Origin: an uncultured Chloroflexia bacterium
GTDB taxonomy: Bacteria > Chloroflexota > Limnocylindria > Limnocylindrales > CSP1-4
DNA: 64,000 nt
Direction of reading: 5' to 3'
NCBI GenBank assembly: GCA_963833285.1
Contig: CAWHXM010000005.1
Coordinates: 285,324-349,323, forward strand
Under the pieces are notes generated by a model, which saw only the letters and a list, made by a program, of their open reading frames with translations, was not told where the DNA came from and did not search any database. Positions 1 through 9,616 of the stretch are shown piece after piece. The position numbers and the translations under genes were made by a program. Within the stretch, counting starts at the first letter, position 1; every line of letters starts with the position of its first letter.

Positions 1-850
1 CGACCTCGTCGGCCAGAAGGTCGCGAACCTCGGGCAGGTGGAGGTCCTCGTGCTCGACGAGGCCGACCGGATGCTCGACATGGGCTTCCTGCCGGACATC
101 CAGAAGATCATCGCGCTGCTCCCCGCCAGGCGCCAGAACCTGATGTTCTCGGCGACCTTCTCGGACGACATCCGGCGGCTGTCCGGCGGGATCCTGCGCG
201 ACCCTGCGACGGTCGAGGTGGCGCCGCGCAACACGACGCTCGAGGCGATCCACCAGCTCGTCTACCCGGTCGACCGCGACCGCAAGGAAGCCCTGCTCGC
301 CCATCTCATCCGCAAGGACGACCTGCGCCAGGTCCTCGTCTTCACGCGGACCAAGCTCGCCGCCAGCCGGCTCGCCACGCGCCTCGATCGCGAAGGTCTC
401 GATGCCGTCGCCATCCACTCGGATCGCTCGCAGCCCGAGCGGACGCGCGCCCTCGAAGGCTTCAAGTCCGGCGAGATCCGGGTCCTCGTCGCGACCGATG
501 TCGCGGCGCGCGGTCTCGACATCGAGGACCTGCCGGTCGTCGTCAACTTCGAATTGCCGTGGAACCCGCAGGACTACATCCACCGGATCGGGCGGACCGG
601 CCGGGCGGGCGCCACCGGCGAGGCGATCTCGCTCGTGTGCATCGACGAGACGGACCTCCTGCGCGGCGTCCAGCGCATGCTTCGGCAGGCCATCCCGTGG
701 ACCGTCGAGGAAGGCTTCATCCCCGACCGCGATGCGGAGCCACGGCCGCTCGGCGCGCGGGCCGGTCATGCCCGCACGACCAGCGAGCATCACGCCCATC
801 GGAAGCCGGTCCGCCGGCGCGCCGGTGCCGGGAGTGGCAGCGGGGGCTGA
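1..850 (+). CDS. DEAD-box ATP-dependent RNA helicase, C-terminal part (5' end lies outside the window)
   Basis: DEAD motif (VLVLDEADRMLDMGF), SAT motif (FSATF), helicase C-terminal motifs HRIGRTGRAG and ARGLD; basic Gly/Arg-rich tail; frame is open from position 2. Confidence 0.85.
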   Translation, partial: DLVGQKVANLGQVEVLVLDEADRMLDMGFLPDIQKIIALLPARRQNLMFSATFSDDIRRLSGGILRDPATVEVAPRNTTLEAIHQLVYPVDRDRKEALLAHLIRKDDLRQVLVFTRTKLAASRLATRLDREGLDAVAIHSDRSQPERTRALEGFKSGEIRVLVATDVAARGLDIEDLPVVVNFELPWNPQDYIHRIGRTGRAGATGEAISLVCIDETDLLRGVQRMLRQAIPWTVEEGFIPDRDAEPRPLGARAGHARTTSEHHAHRKPVRRRAGAGSGSGG

Positions 851-912
851 TCCCGGACAGCGGGTCGGTGGTGCCGGCCGCTCGGTCGCGCCGTGTGCCC
901 CGGGGCGTTGCT

Positions 913-1436
913 TCAGGCGACCCCGCCGACGGTGCCGATCGGATCGACGACGGCGCCCGGGAAGAAGAAGCCGAGCATCAAGTCGGCCCGCATCCGATCC
1001 ACCGCGTAGCGATTGACGAGGGCGTGGTCGCCGAGCGCGACGCCCGCGTCCGGGTTCGAGCGCACCGACAGACGGATGTCGCGCAGCAGCACGAACTCGC
1101 CCGAGGGACGGGTCAGGGCGCGACCGGGGTCGAAGCCAGGCATCGTCGCCAGGTCGCCCTCCACGGTGTACGGGCCCGACTCGAGCTGGACGCGATGCCA
1201 GGCGGCGTGGACCGGGATGCCTGGGTCATCGTCGGCGACCGCGATGAGGACGTCGTCGCTCGGGATCGTCATCGATCCGGCGACCCGTGCCGTGGCGTCG
1301 TCGAGTGCCTGCCAGGCCGCCCGGTCGAGTGGGAGCGCGCCGTCGGTCTCGAGCGTGTCACGCAGCGGTCCGGGTCTGGCCAGCACGCCGCTCGCCATAC
1401 CCCGACTCGTGTAGGCATCGACACGGATCGCCATAG
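913..1436 (-). CDS. hypothetical protein
   Basis: Varied amino-acid composition (MAIRVDAYTSRG...). The ATG at 1436 is preceded by GGAAGGA 5 nt upstream; the ORF-track extension to 1488 looks like untranslated leader. Confidence 0.5.
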
Positions 1437-1496
1437 TCGTCCTTCCCCGGCGTGGTCCCAGTCTGACCCGCCTGGGGCCTCTCGCCAAGACCCGTC

Positions 1497-1524
1497 GGTA
1501 CCGGTCTTGACCGGCACTGGTACC
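1497..1524. promoter_or_regulatory. GGTACC-N16-GGTACC paired motif upstream of the hypothetical gene 913..1436
   Basis: cGGTACCggtcttgaccggcactGGTACCg. A TTGGCG-17-CAGACT putative promoter for the minus-strand gene lies immediately downstream, at about 1448-1478. Confidence 0.35.
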
Positions 1525-1561
1525 GGTGCCTGCGTTCGGAGGTTCCTCGAAGCACCGCCGC

Positions 1562-2935
1562 TCAGGGCGCCGGCGTGCAGGTGACGCAGGACGCCGGCGG
1601 TCGGAGGACGAGCGCGGCCAGATCGGCGAGGAGAAGACCGGGATCGGTCCGGCTCTGGTTGGTCAGGACGGCGATGGCCATCCGCTCGCCGGGGATCCAG
1701 CGCATGACGGCGCGCGAGCCGAGGAACCGGCCGGAATGGCCCAGCGCCGGCCGGCCGGCGACCGGGATCCCCTGGACGCCCAGCCCGTACGGGATCGTCG
1801 CCTTGAGGCGCGCGGTCCGCGCCATGTCCGCGACCATCGCGCCGCGTGAAGCGTCGTCTAGGATCGTCCCGCCATAGAGGGCCCTCGCCCACTGCGCCAG
1901 ATCGGTCGCCGAGCTGGCGATCGAGCCGGCCCCGCCAGATGCGCTGATGACCGAGGTGAAGGGCACGACGCCCGAGCCGTCCGACAGGTCGATCGCCGGG
2001 AGCTTCGGACTCTTGCCGGCGAAGCGGTACCCGTGCGCGACAGGCGCCCGCGGGCGTTCGACCACCTGGTACCAGGTGTGGTCGAGCCCCAGCGGCTCGA
2101 AGAACCGCTGGCGGAGCTGGTCGGCGACGGGTGCGTGCCCGACCGCCGCCGCGACCAGCCCGAGGACAAGGTAGTTCGTGTTCGAGTAGTGCCACGACTG
2201 CCCGGGCCTGGAGAACGGCTTGCCGACATAGCCGAGCGATCGCGCCGGGTCCCACACCTGGCTGCGCCGGGCGAGCAAGGCCTTGTCGATGCCCTTGCTG
2301 AGATAGAAGTCGCGCAGGCCGCTGGTGTGATCGAGCAGCTGGCGGACGGTGATCGCGGGATCGATGGCGAGACCGGGCAGATAGCTCTTCGCGGTCGAGT
2401 CCAGGCGGATCCGGCCGTCCTCGACGAGACGCATGATCAGCGCCGAGGTGAACGTCTTCGAGACGCTCGCCACCGAGAACGCGGTGTCGGCCGTCACGGC
2501 GCGACCGGCCGCGATGTCGGCCAGGCCCGACTCCCCGTGCCACACCGATCCGTCGGCGAATACGATCGCGACGGCGGCACCCGGGATCCCATAGGTCGCC
2601 CGCAGCCGGTCGAGCTGGGCGTCGAGCTCGGCGATCAGCGTGGACGTGGCGCTCGGCGCGCCCGGGTACGGCACGCCGCTGCCCGCGGGCCGGCCCGGCA
2701 GGGGGGCCGGCGGCGTCTCGGTGGTCGGCGTCGGCCGGACGGTCGCGGCGGGCACCGCGCTCGGTCGCGGATCCGGCGTCGGCTGCGCCGCGGCGCCGGG
2801 GACGGTGACGGCCACCGGCACCGCCTCTGGCCCCGCCGTGGGCGATGCCGCCAGGCTGCCGGCGACCGAGAGACTGGCGATGACCAGCGCGACGAGACGC
2901 CGGATCACGAGGCGATCGATGGGTGTGGTTGCCAC
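1562..2935 (-). CDS. serine hydrolase, beta-lactamase / penicillin-binding-protein family, with signal/TM segment and Pro-rich linker
   Basis: SxxK (SVSKTF) and YxN (YSNTNY) motifs, an HSG triad, an N-terminal hydrophobic segment, and a P/T-rich linker. The GTG start at 2935 is preferred because the ATG at 3010 would overlap the divergent GreA-domain gene. Confidence 0.8.
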   Translation of the reverse strand: MATTPIDRLVIRRLVALVIASLSVAGSLAASPTAGPEAVPVAVTVPGAAAQPTPDPRPSAVPAATVRPTPTTETPPAPLPGRPAGSGVPYPGAPSATSTLIAELDAQLDRLRATYGIPGAAVAIVFADGSVWHGESGLADIAAGRAVTADTAFSVASVSKTFTSALIMRLVEDGRIRLDSTAKSYLPGLAIDPAITVRQLLDHTSGLRDFYLSKGIDKALLARRSQVWDPARSLGYVGKPFSRPGQSWHYSNTNYLVLGLVAAAVGHAPVADQLRQRFFEPLGLDHTWYQVVERPRAPVAHGYRFAGKSPKLPAIDLSDGSGVVPFTSVISASGGAGSIASSATDLAQWARALYGGTILDDASRGAMVADMARTARLKATIPYGLGVQGIPVAGRPALGHSGRFLGSRAVMRWIPGERMAIAVLTNQSRTDPGLLLADLAALVLRPPASCVTCTPAP

Positions 2936-2985
2936 GACATGTGACTCGCACCATAACGCGACGCGCCCACCTGTACCATCGACCG

Positions 2986-4251
2986 ATGACCCGGGACCCC
3001 GGTGCCCCATCGCTCCTTCGTTCGGTCGGCCTGCTCGCCGACGGCCCGGTGGTCTGGGGGAGACCGGTCGCCGTGCAGGGTCCGGGCGTGTTCGTCATCG
3101 AGCTCGCCGCGCCGACCCCGACCGCGCATGTCGAGCTCACCCGCGTTGGGAAATGGATCGAGCGCGTCGAGACCCTTCGCCTCGATGGCGAACGGCCGAG
3201 CTCGCGCGCTTTGGCCGCGCGCCTGGCGTCGTTCTGGCTGCCATCGCAGCAGGTCCTCTATGTCGGGGCCACGGCGCACTCGATCGGCCGGCGGGTCGCG
3301 GCGATCGGCGCCACGGAGCTTGGCGATCGTCGACCCCACTCCGGCGCGCACTGGCTCAAGACGCTCCGGTCGCTCGATGGCGTCCGGGTCTGGTGGGCGC
3401 CGACCACGGCTACCGAGGAGTACGAGGACGCCCTCCTGACTTCATTCGCCGAGGGTGTGCCGCAGGCCGACCTCGAGGGACTCCCGGATCGCACGGTCGT
3501 GCTCCCATGGGCGAACCTCCGGACGGTCACCGGCGATCGCAAGGCGACCGGTCTGAGCGGGTCGCTGGTCGCCGAGCCGGTCGAGGCACCACCGCCGCCG
3601 ACCCGTGTCGTCGTCGTCCCCGACGGCGACGCCGAGGGTGCCCGCGGCGAGCCACCCGAGCCGAAGCGCCGGACGGCAACTCCGCGATCGACGCGTGGCG
3701 CCGTGGCCGCGGCCGGGGCGGGCGGGCCCGCTGCGGGCGCGGGCACGGGCAGCACGGCGACGTCGGCCGTCAGCCCGCCGCCCGGCGCGATGCCCGCACC
3801 CGAGGCGCTCACGACCGAGGGGGATGCCCGTCTGAGGGCCGAGCTCCACGAGCTCACCCACGTCCGCCGGCCGCAGATCATCGCCCGGATCCGGACGGCC
3901 AAGGAGCACGGCGACCTCAAGGAGAACGCCGAGTATCACGCGGCTCGCGAGGAGCAGTCGTTCCTCGAGGGTCGGGTCCAGGCGATCGAGGCTCGACTGC
4001 GGTCGGCCGTGATCGTCGAGGCACCCGCTGCCGGGTCGCGGGTCGGTCTCGGCTCGGTCGTGACGCTCGACGACGACGGGGAGTCGGTGGTCTACACGAT
4101 CGTCGGGGCCGACGAATCCGATCCTGTCCGCGGTCGGATCTCGTCCTCGTCGCCCGTCGGGCGGGCCCTCGTCGGGCGCGACGCGGGCGACTACGTGGTC
4201 GTGCAGACGCCTGCCGGCGAGGCCCGCTACCGGATCGTCGACATCGCATAG
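2986..4251 (+). CDS. greA: GreA transcription elongation factor domain fused to an uncharacterised 280-aa N-terminal region (start uncertain)
   Basis: The C-terminal 150 aa are a complete GreA (GDLKENAEYHAAREEQSFLEGRVQAIEARL ... SSSSPVGRALVGRDAGDYVVV). The same frame is open upstream without a stop, through a Pro/Ala linker and a globular-looking N-terminal region. Confidence 0.7.
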   Translation: MTRDPGAPSLLRSVGLLADGPVVWGRPVAVQGPGVFVIELAAPTPTAHVELTRVGKWIERVETLRLDGERPSSRALAARLASFWLPSQQVLYVGATAHSIGRRVAAIGATELGDRRPHSGAHWLKTLRSLDGVRVWWAPTTATEEYEDALLTSFAEGVPQADLEGLPDRTVVLPWANLRTVTGDRKATGLSGSLVAEPVEAPPPPTRVVVVPDGDAEGARGEPPEPKRRTATPRSTRGAVAAAGAGGPAAGAGTGSTATSAVSPPPGAMPAPEALTTEGDARLRAELHELTHVRRPQIIARIRTAKEHGDLKENAEYHAAREEQSFLEGRVQAIEARLRSAVIVEAPAAGSRVGLGSVVTLDDDGESVVYTIVGADESDPVRGRISSSSPVGRALVGRDAGDYVVVQTPAGEARYRIVDIA

Positions 4252-4279
4252 GTAGGGGAGGTCGCGGCCTCGCCCCGCC

Positions 4280-5011
4280 CTACCTCGGCGGTTCGACCAG
4301 CTTGTGCTCGACCGCGTAGAGGGCGGCCTGCGTCCGCGACGCCAGGCCGAGCTTGCCGAGGATGTTCGAGACGTAGGTCCGCGCCGTCCGCTCGGTGATG
4401 AACAGCGCGGTGCCGATCTCCTTGTTGCTCATCCCCTGGCCGAGCAGGTTGAGGACGTCCTTCTCGCGGTCGGTCAATGGCTCGACGAGACTGTCGTTGG
4501 GGGCCTTGCGGTTGCGCATCCGCTGGGCGAGCAGGCGGGCGACGGCCGGGTCGAGGTGGACCTCGCCGTGATACGCGGCGCGCACCGCCGCGGCGACCTC
4601 ATCCGCGTCGGCGTCCTTGAGGACGTAGCCGGAGGCACCGGCCTCGAGTGCCGCGGTGACCTGCTCCTCCTCGATGAACGAGGTCATCGTCACGATCTCG
4701 GTCTCCGGCCGCTCGGCCTTGATCCGGCCGATGGCGGTCACGCCGTCCATGTTCGGCATGAGCAGGTCCATCAGCACCACGTCGGGTTCGAGCCGGCGGG
4801 CCATGGCCACGCCCTCCGACCCGTCGGTCGCCTCCCCGACCACCTCGATGTCGGGCTGCAGCTCGAAGAACATGCGCAGGCCCATCCGGACGACCGAGTG
4901 GTCGTCGACGATGAGGACGCGGATGGTGGGCTGATCGGTCACGTCGGCTCCTGGGGCGAGGGCGCCCTGGTGCAGGTCTATGGACGCGCGGGACGGCGTC
5001 GAGTCTAGCAA
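4280..5011 (-). CDS. two-component response regulator, NarL/LuxR family (receiver + HTH)
   Basis: Receiver motifs (VLIVDDH, phospho-acceptor in DVVLMDLLMP, T and K sites) and a LuxR HTH (LTDREKDVLNLLGQGMSNKEIG...TYVSNILGKLG). The true start may be the GTG near 4942. Confidence 0.9.
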   Translation of the reverse strand: MLDSTPSRASIDLHQGALAPGADVTDQPTIRVLIVDDHSVVRMGLRMFFELQPDIEVVGEATDGSEGVAMARRLEPDVVLMDLLMPNMDGVTAIGRIKAERPETEIVTMTSFIEEEQVTAALEAGASGYVLKDADADEVAAAVRAAYHGEVHLDPAVARLLAQRMRNRKAPNDSLVEPLTDREKDVLNLLGQGMSNKEIGTALFITERTARTYVSNILGKLGLASRTQAALYAVEHKLVEPPR

Positions 5012-5030
5012 ACGACCGTGCCCGGGGACA

Positions 5031-5456
5031 TCAAAGCACGACGAGCAGGCACGCCGCCAGGATCGCGGTGAGCAGGTCGCCTGCGCGGAACGTCTTGCGG
5101 CAGACGCAATCGGCGGCCGATGTCAGGTCGGCGATCTGCGGCATGTCCGACCCACCCATGACCACGACCCGGACACCCGGGACCAGCGCACGGAGGCGGC
5201 GGATGAACTCGAGACCGCCATCGACCTCGGGCAGGCGCGGATCCACGACGACGACGTCCGGCTCGGTCGCCCTGACGATCTCGAGCGCCGGCTCGGCTTC
5301 GCCGGCACTGCCCACGATGTAGAGGCGGTCGCCGATCCCGAGCAGGCGGGTCAGGCTCTCCCGGACCCGGTCATCGGCATCGACCACCACGACGCGGAGC
5401 GGCGAGGGCGAGCCCGGATCGGGGTGCATCGCGTCCATCCTGCCGCGCCGGCGCAC
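5031..5456 (-). CDS. single-domain response regulator (CheY-like receiver)
   Basis: VVVVDADD ... VVVVDPRLPEVDG ... VVVMGG pattern of a receiver domain; no output domain. Confidence 0.75.
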   Translation of the reverse strand: MRRRGRMDAMHPDPGSPSPLRVVVVDADDRVRESLTRLLGIGDRLYIVGSAGEAEPALEIVRATEPDVVVVDPRLPEVDGGLEFIRRLRALVPGVRVVVMGGSDMPQIADLTSAADCVCRKTFRAGDLLTAILAACLLVVL

Positions 5457-5515
5457 TCCGGCGGAATCGACCTTCGCCCATGTCGGCCATCGGCCGAACG
5501 ACGAACCCGCCTACG

Positions 5516-8500
5516 TCATCCGTCGCGGATCGATGCAGGCTCGGCGGGCGGCGGCGGGGCGCCGAGCGCGGCGATCGCCGTGTCGGGGACGACGATCTCG
5601 ACGGTCGTCCCCTCGCCGGGCACGCTGCGGCACGAGAAGCGCGCCCCGATCTTGGCGGTCCGGGCGCGCATCCCGGCCAGGCCGAGATGTCCGTCCGGGA
5701 CGCGCTCCGGGTCGAACCCCCGGCCGTCGTCGCTGATGCGCAGGCGGACGCCCTTGGCGATCCGGCCGATCTCGACACGCACCTGGCGGGCGTTGGCGTG
5801 CTTGACGACGTTGTGCAGAGCCTCCTGGGCGATCCGGTAGAGGACCTCCTCGACCTGGAGCGGGAGCCGCTCGTCGATGGTGCTCTCGACGACCACCGGG
5901 AGCCCGATCCGGCCCTGGAGCGCGGCGGTGTGCGTGCGCAGCGCGCGACTCAGACCATCCTGTTCGAGGTTGCCGGGACGGAGCTCGAAGATGAGCGCGC
6001 GCATCTCGGCCAACGCCTCGCGCTGGAGGTCGCGCAGCTGTGCCAGCTGGGCCTTCGCGGCGTCGCGGTCCCGGTCGAGCAGCATCTCCACCGACTTCGA
6101 GACGAGGGTCATCGAGAACAGCGCCTGGGTGACCGAATTGTGGAGCTCGCGGGCCAGATGCGCGCGTTCCTCACCGGCGGCGAGCTCGCCGGCCTGACGG
6201 CGGAGGTCGCGCTCGAGCCGGTCGCGCTCGCTGACATCGCGCGCCGCGCCGTGCGCCCCGATGAACCGGCCATCGGCGGTCATCCCCGTGCCGTTGATCT
6301 CGACGAGCACGTCGTGTCCGTCGGCGTGCCGGAACGGGAGACGCATCCGGTGGACCGCCGTGGGGTGGCGGGCCAGCCAGCGGAAGCGGATCGTCGCGTC
6401 GCGGCGTGCCGCAGGGGCGAAGATCTCGGCGTACGGGCGACCCATCAGCTCGGTCGGCTCGAAGCCGAGCATCGAGCGCGCCGCGTCGCTGATGAACGTC
6501 AGCGTCCCCTCGGCATCGGTCAACCAGACGAGATCGGGCGACGACGCGACGAGGTAGCGATAGCGCTCCTCTGACTCACGCAGCTCGCGTTCGAGGCGAT
6601 CGCGCTCGCTGATGTCGCGGGTCGAGCCATGGATGCCCGCGAACTGCCCGTCGGCATCGAGCATCCCGATGGCGCTGACCTCGACCGGGACGAGCCGGCC
6701 CTCCGGGCTCTTGAGCTTGATGTGCGCCACCTGTTCGGTGGACGGATCGGCCGCGAGCGCGATCCAGCGGGTCATCGCCTCCGGATGGCTGGCCTCGTCG
6801 ACGACGACGCTGAAATGCTCGCCGGTGACCTCGTCGGGCGGCCAGCCGCTCATCCGCTCCATCGACTCGGACATGAAGGTGAAGCGGCCCTCCGCGTCCG
6901 TCGAGAACACGACGTCGGGCGAGTTCTCGACGAGGAAGCGGTAGCGCTCCTGCGAGTCGCGCAGCTCGCGCTCGAGCCGCTCCTGCTGGGTGACGTCGCG
7001 GACGGTGCCCTGGACGCCGGCGAACCGACCTTCCTCCCAGACCGAGACCGAGGTGATCTCGGCGGGGAACGTCGTCCCGTCGCGGTACTTGACCATGTAG
7101 CGGAAGCGACGGACGACGTCGTGCTCGTGGCGCTGCGCCTCGAAATTCGCGAGCGCCTCGGCGAGCGACGCCTCGCCGGTCAGGTCGGCGAACGACATGC
7201 CGACGATCTGCGCCGGTGTCAACCCGAAGAGCGGTTCCGAGCCCTCCGCCACGAACAGGAAGCGTCCGTCGGCGTCGCAGCGGTAGATGACGTCCGGCGT
7301 CGTCTGGACCAGCTGGCGGAAGCGAGCCTCCGACTCCTGGAGCTCGCGCTCGAGGCGATCGCGGTCGCGCATGTCGCGGACCGAACCGTTGGCGCCGATG
7401 AACCGGCCGGCCTCGTCGAGCCGCGCCGTCGCGATGAACTCGGCGGGGATCGGCGAGCCATCCCGACCGAGGAGGTTGACCCTACCCCGGACCTCCTGCG
7501 CGCCTACGCTCATCCCGACCGACCAGTCGAAGTCAGCGACCTCCTGCGACGATCCGTGGACGAGCGCCGCGAACGGCTCGCCGATGAGCTCATCCGGGCG
7601 GAAGCCGGTGAGTCGCTCGACGGCGTCGGACACGAAGGTGAGGCGCGTGTCGGCCCCGATCGACCAGACGATGTCCGGCGCGTTCTCGACCAGGTACCGG
7701 TAGCGCTCCTCCGATTCGGTCAGGCGCGTCAGGAGCGTCGAGTTGGTGATCGCGATGGCCGCCTGGTCGGCCAGGCCCTGGAGGAGATCCAGCTCCTCCG
7801 CGGCGAACATCCGCGGCAACGCCGACGAGATCGCGAGCGTGCCGATGACCTCACCGCCAGGGGCGCGCAGCGGGGCGGCCGCCATCCCGCACAGGTTCAG
7901 GCGCTGGGCGACCGCGACGTCGTCCGGCTCGTGCGGGATCCGCGGGTCGGTGCCGTAGTCGCTCGTCCAGACGGCTTCGCCCTGGCTCGCGGCGAGACCG
8001 TTGATCCCGCCATCGAGCGGGAAGTGCATCCCCAGCAGCCACGACTGGGTCTCCGGGTCGGTCGCCCCGGCCACCACGACCGGCACGAGGTAGGTGCCGT
8101 CGTCGCTCATCCTGGTGAGGTGGGCACCGTCGGTGCCCAGCAGCCGCTGCGCCTCCTCGACGACCCGCTCGAGGATGACCTCCGGCTCGCGCAGCGCGGC
8201 GATCCGGGCGGTGATGTCGCGCAACGCGCGCTCCGTGTCGGCCCGCCTGGCGACCGCCGCCTGCGACCGCTCGAGCTCCTCGATGAGGCGGGCGTTCGTG
8301 ATCGCGATCGCCGCCTGGTCGGCAAGCCCGCCGAGGACCGCGGCGTCGATCTCGTCGAACGCGTGCGTCTCGCGGCGATAGACCTCGATCGCGCCGAGCG
8401 GGCCCTCGTCGCCGATGATCGGCGCGACGATGAGATCGCCGATCCCGGTCCGCCTGGCCAGATCGTCGGTGCGCTCGACGTGATGGAACTCGCCGGCAAG

Positions 8501-9616
8501 GTAGTCGCCCGCCGCGATGACCTTGCCCTCGGCCATCGCGCGACCGGACAGGCCCTCGCCGGTGCGCAGCCGCGTCGCCCGGACCGTGTCGCGCTGCTCC
8601 TGGCTCAGGCCCGCGTCATAGGCCGTGACCAGCACGCCCTCGACATCGTCGTACTCGTCGATGACCGCGCCGTCCGCCCGCAGCAGCCGGCGTGCCTCGT
8701 CCACGATGCGCTGGAGCAGGTCGCCCGGCTGGCGGATCGCCGTGATCCGCGCGGTGATCTCGCGCAGCGCGCGTTCCGCCTCGGCGCGACGCTCGATGAC
8801 CGCCCGCGAGCGGGCGAGCTCCTCGATCAGCCGGGCATTGCGGATGGCCACCGAGGCCTGGGTCGCCAGGGCGGTCAGCACCTCGCCGTCGGCGTCGTCG
8901 TAGGCCGCGACCTGGCGCGACACGACCGACAGCGTGCCGATCGGCCCGGCGTCGCCCGGCAGCGGGACCGCGACGACCGAGCGGATCCCGGTGGACTCGA
9001 CGAAGGCGCGGGCCGCGTCGTCGCGCACGAACCGGTCGTCGTCGAGGTAGTCGTCGGTGCGCACCGCGCGCTGCTCGGCGAACGCGGTCCCGGCCACGGC
9101 CTGCCCGGGCCTGAGGCCGCCGACCCTCGCCCAGTCGGGGACGACCGCCATCGTCTCCCCGGCCGCGTACGACCAGCGCAGCGCCTCGATCGACGGATCC
9201 CACAGGTCGATCCGGGCGCCGTCCGATTCGAGCAGGCGAGTCGTCTCGTCGACGATCTGCTGGAGCACCTCGGCGGGCTCGAGGATGGCCGACACGCGGG
9301 CGGCGATCTCGCGCAGCGTCTGCTCCGAGTCGGCGCGCCGGGCGATCTCGGTCCGTGACCGCTCGAGCTCGTCGATGAGGCGGGCATTGGCGATCGCGAC
9401 GGCGGCCTGGTCGGCCAGCGCCGAGAGGAGGCCGGCATCGGCCTCGCCGAACGCGTCCGGTCGATCGCCATAGACCGTGATCGCCCCGACGACCACGTCG
9501 CGGTGGATGAGCGGCGCGGCGATGACCGACCGGATCCCCGACTCGCGCACGAACGCGTCACGCTCCGGCGTGTGCTCGAAGCGGTCGTCATCGAGGTACG
9601 AGCCGGTCCATTCCAC
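5516..9616 (-). CDS. sensor histidine kinase, C-terminal 1,366 aa of a giant gene: end of GAF4, GAF5-7, four PAS domains, HisKA_3 and HATPase
   Basis: Repeated GAF signatures (W..DYL.D.RF...GIRS..A.PL), each followed by a signalling helix ARLIEELERSR. Four PAS repeats (RYRYLVENAPD..., RFRQLVQTTPD..., RYRFLVENSPD..., RYRYLVASSPD...). HisKA_3 (ERAHLARELHNSVTQAL) and an ATPase domain (DDGRGFD...GLAGMRAR). Confidence 0.85.
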   Translation of the reverse strand: MEWTGSYLDDDRFEHTPERDAFVRESGIRSVIAAPLIHRDVVVGAITVYGDRPDAFGEADAGLLSALADQAAVAIANARLIDELERSRTEIARRADSEQTLREIAARVSAILEPAEVLQQIVDETTRLLESDGARIDLWDPSIEALRWSYAAGETMAVVPDWARVGGLRPGQAVAGTAFAEQRAVRTDDYLDDDRFVRDDAARAFVESTGIRSVVAVPLPGDAGPIGTLSVVSRQVAAYDDADGEVLTALATQASVAIRNARLIEELARSRAVIERRAEAERALREITARITAIRQPGDLLQRIVDEARRLLRADGAVIDEYDDVEGVLVTAYDAGLSQEQRDTVRATRLRTGEGLSGRAMAEGKVIAAGDYLAGEFHHVERTDDLARRTGIGDLIVAPIIGDEGPLGAIEVYRRETHAFDEIDAAVLGGLADQAAIAITNARLIEELERSQAAVARRADTERALRDITARIAALREPEVILERVVEEAQRLLGTDGAHLTRMSDDGTYLVPVVVAGATDPETQSWLLGMHFPLDGGINGLAASQGEAVWTSDYGTDPRIPHEPDDVAVAQRLNLCGMAAAPLRAPGGEVIGTLAISSALPRMFAAEELDLLQGLADQAAIAITNSTLLTRLTESEERYRYLVENAPDIVWSIGADTRLTFVSDAVERLTGFRPDELIGEPFAALVHGSSQEVADFDWSVGMSVGAQEVRGRVNLLGRDGSPIPAEFIATARLDEAGRFIGANGSVRDMRDRDRLERELQESEARFRQLVQTTPDVIYRCDADGRFLFVAEGSEPLFGLTPAQIVGMSFADLTGEASLAEALANFEAQRHEHDVVRRFRYMVKYRDGTTFPAEITSVSVWEEGRFAGVQGTVRDVTQQERLERELRDSQERYRFLVENSPDVVFSTDAEGRFTFMSESMERMSGWPPDEVTGEHFSVVVDEASHPEAMTRWIALAADPSTEQVAHIKLKSPEGRLVPVEVSAIGMLDADGQFAGIHGSTRDISERDRLERELRESEERYRYLVASSPDLVWLTDAEGTLTFISDAARSMLGFEPTELMGRPYAEIFAPAARRDATIRFRWLARHPTAVHRMRLPFRHADGHDVLVEINGTGMTADGRFIGAHGAARDVSERDRLERDLRRQAGELAAGEERAHLARELHNSVTQALFSMTLVSKSVEMLLDRDRDAAKAQLAQLRDLQREALAEMRALIFELRPGNLEQDGLSRALRTHTAALQGRIGLPVVVESTIDERLPLQVEEVLYRIAQEALHNVVKHANARQVRVEIGRIAKGVRLRISDDGRGFDPERVPDGHLGLAGMRARTAKIGARFSCRSVPGEGTTVEIVVPDTAIAALGAPPPPAEPASIRDG

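Noticed and set aside
2640-4319. 559-aa plus-strand ORF (and several others such as 3258..3920 and 3442..3939) overlapping the GreA-domain gene
   Set aside because: Low-complexity R/P/G/A translation in alternative frames; the GreA frame explains the coding signal.
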